A DNA stretch of 10,237 nt from a bacterium (GTDB taxonomy: Bacteria > SAR324 > NAC60-12). The position numbers were made by a program, and so were the translations under genes. How positions within the stretch are numbered: the first letter of the stretch is position 1; every line of letters begins with the position of its first letter. The DNA lies in assembly GCA_965233585.1 (NCBI GenBank), contig CBDDTI010000173.1, forward strand, positions 1 to 10,237. The letters are read 5' to 3'. This document shows positions 10,132 through 10,237 of the stretch, piece by piece. The notes beneath the pieces were generated by a model that was given only the letters and a program-made list of their open reading frames with translations, ran no database searches and was not told the origin of the DNA.

Positions 10132-10237
10132 AATAGGTCATTTCTGAGTTCATTTGTGCCCCATGATTTTTATATCGGGCTTTCGTACAAAAAATCATCT
10201 GAAAACGATTTTGATTCGCATGAAAATGAACTTGTAG
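10132..10237. repeat. Probable start of an interspersed MITE-like repeat running off the window
   Basis: AATAGGTCATTTCTGAGTTC...TTTGATTCGCATGAAAATGAACTTGTAG resembles, from memory only, a common coral repeat. The other end is outside the window. Confidence 0.35.

Overview
This is eukaryotic, AT-rich, repeat-dense genomic DNA. The repeat types resemble those I associate with cnidarian (stony coral) genomes; this is an impression, not a database result. The + strand carries four phase-compatible GT-AG exons (6669-6887, 7326-7705, 9104-9271, 9545-9655). They encode a 10-Cys follistatin/Kazal module followed by tandem ~100-aa H-type-lectin-like repeats; the gene's start and end are not established here. 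Upstream lie a 5'-truncated, frameshifted CR1/L2-group LINE (3907-6543), an intact TAA-flanked MITE, a foldback element and several MITE fragments. The most unusual object is intronic: a 645-bp insertion (7965-8609) flanked by a 14-bp target-site duplication. It consists of two inverted arms of a ~252-bp tandem unit, each with a complete tRNA-like cloverleaf (GGT anticodon), joined at a 7-nt microhomology. A minimal Penelope-type hammerhead ribozyme motif lies about 50 bp beyond the right TSD.
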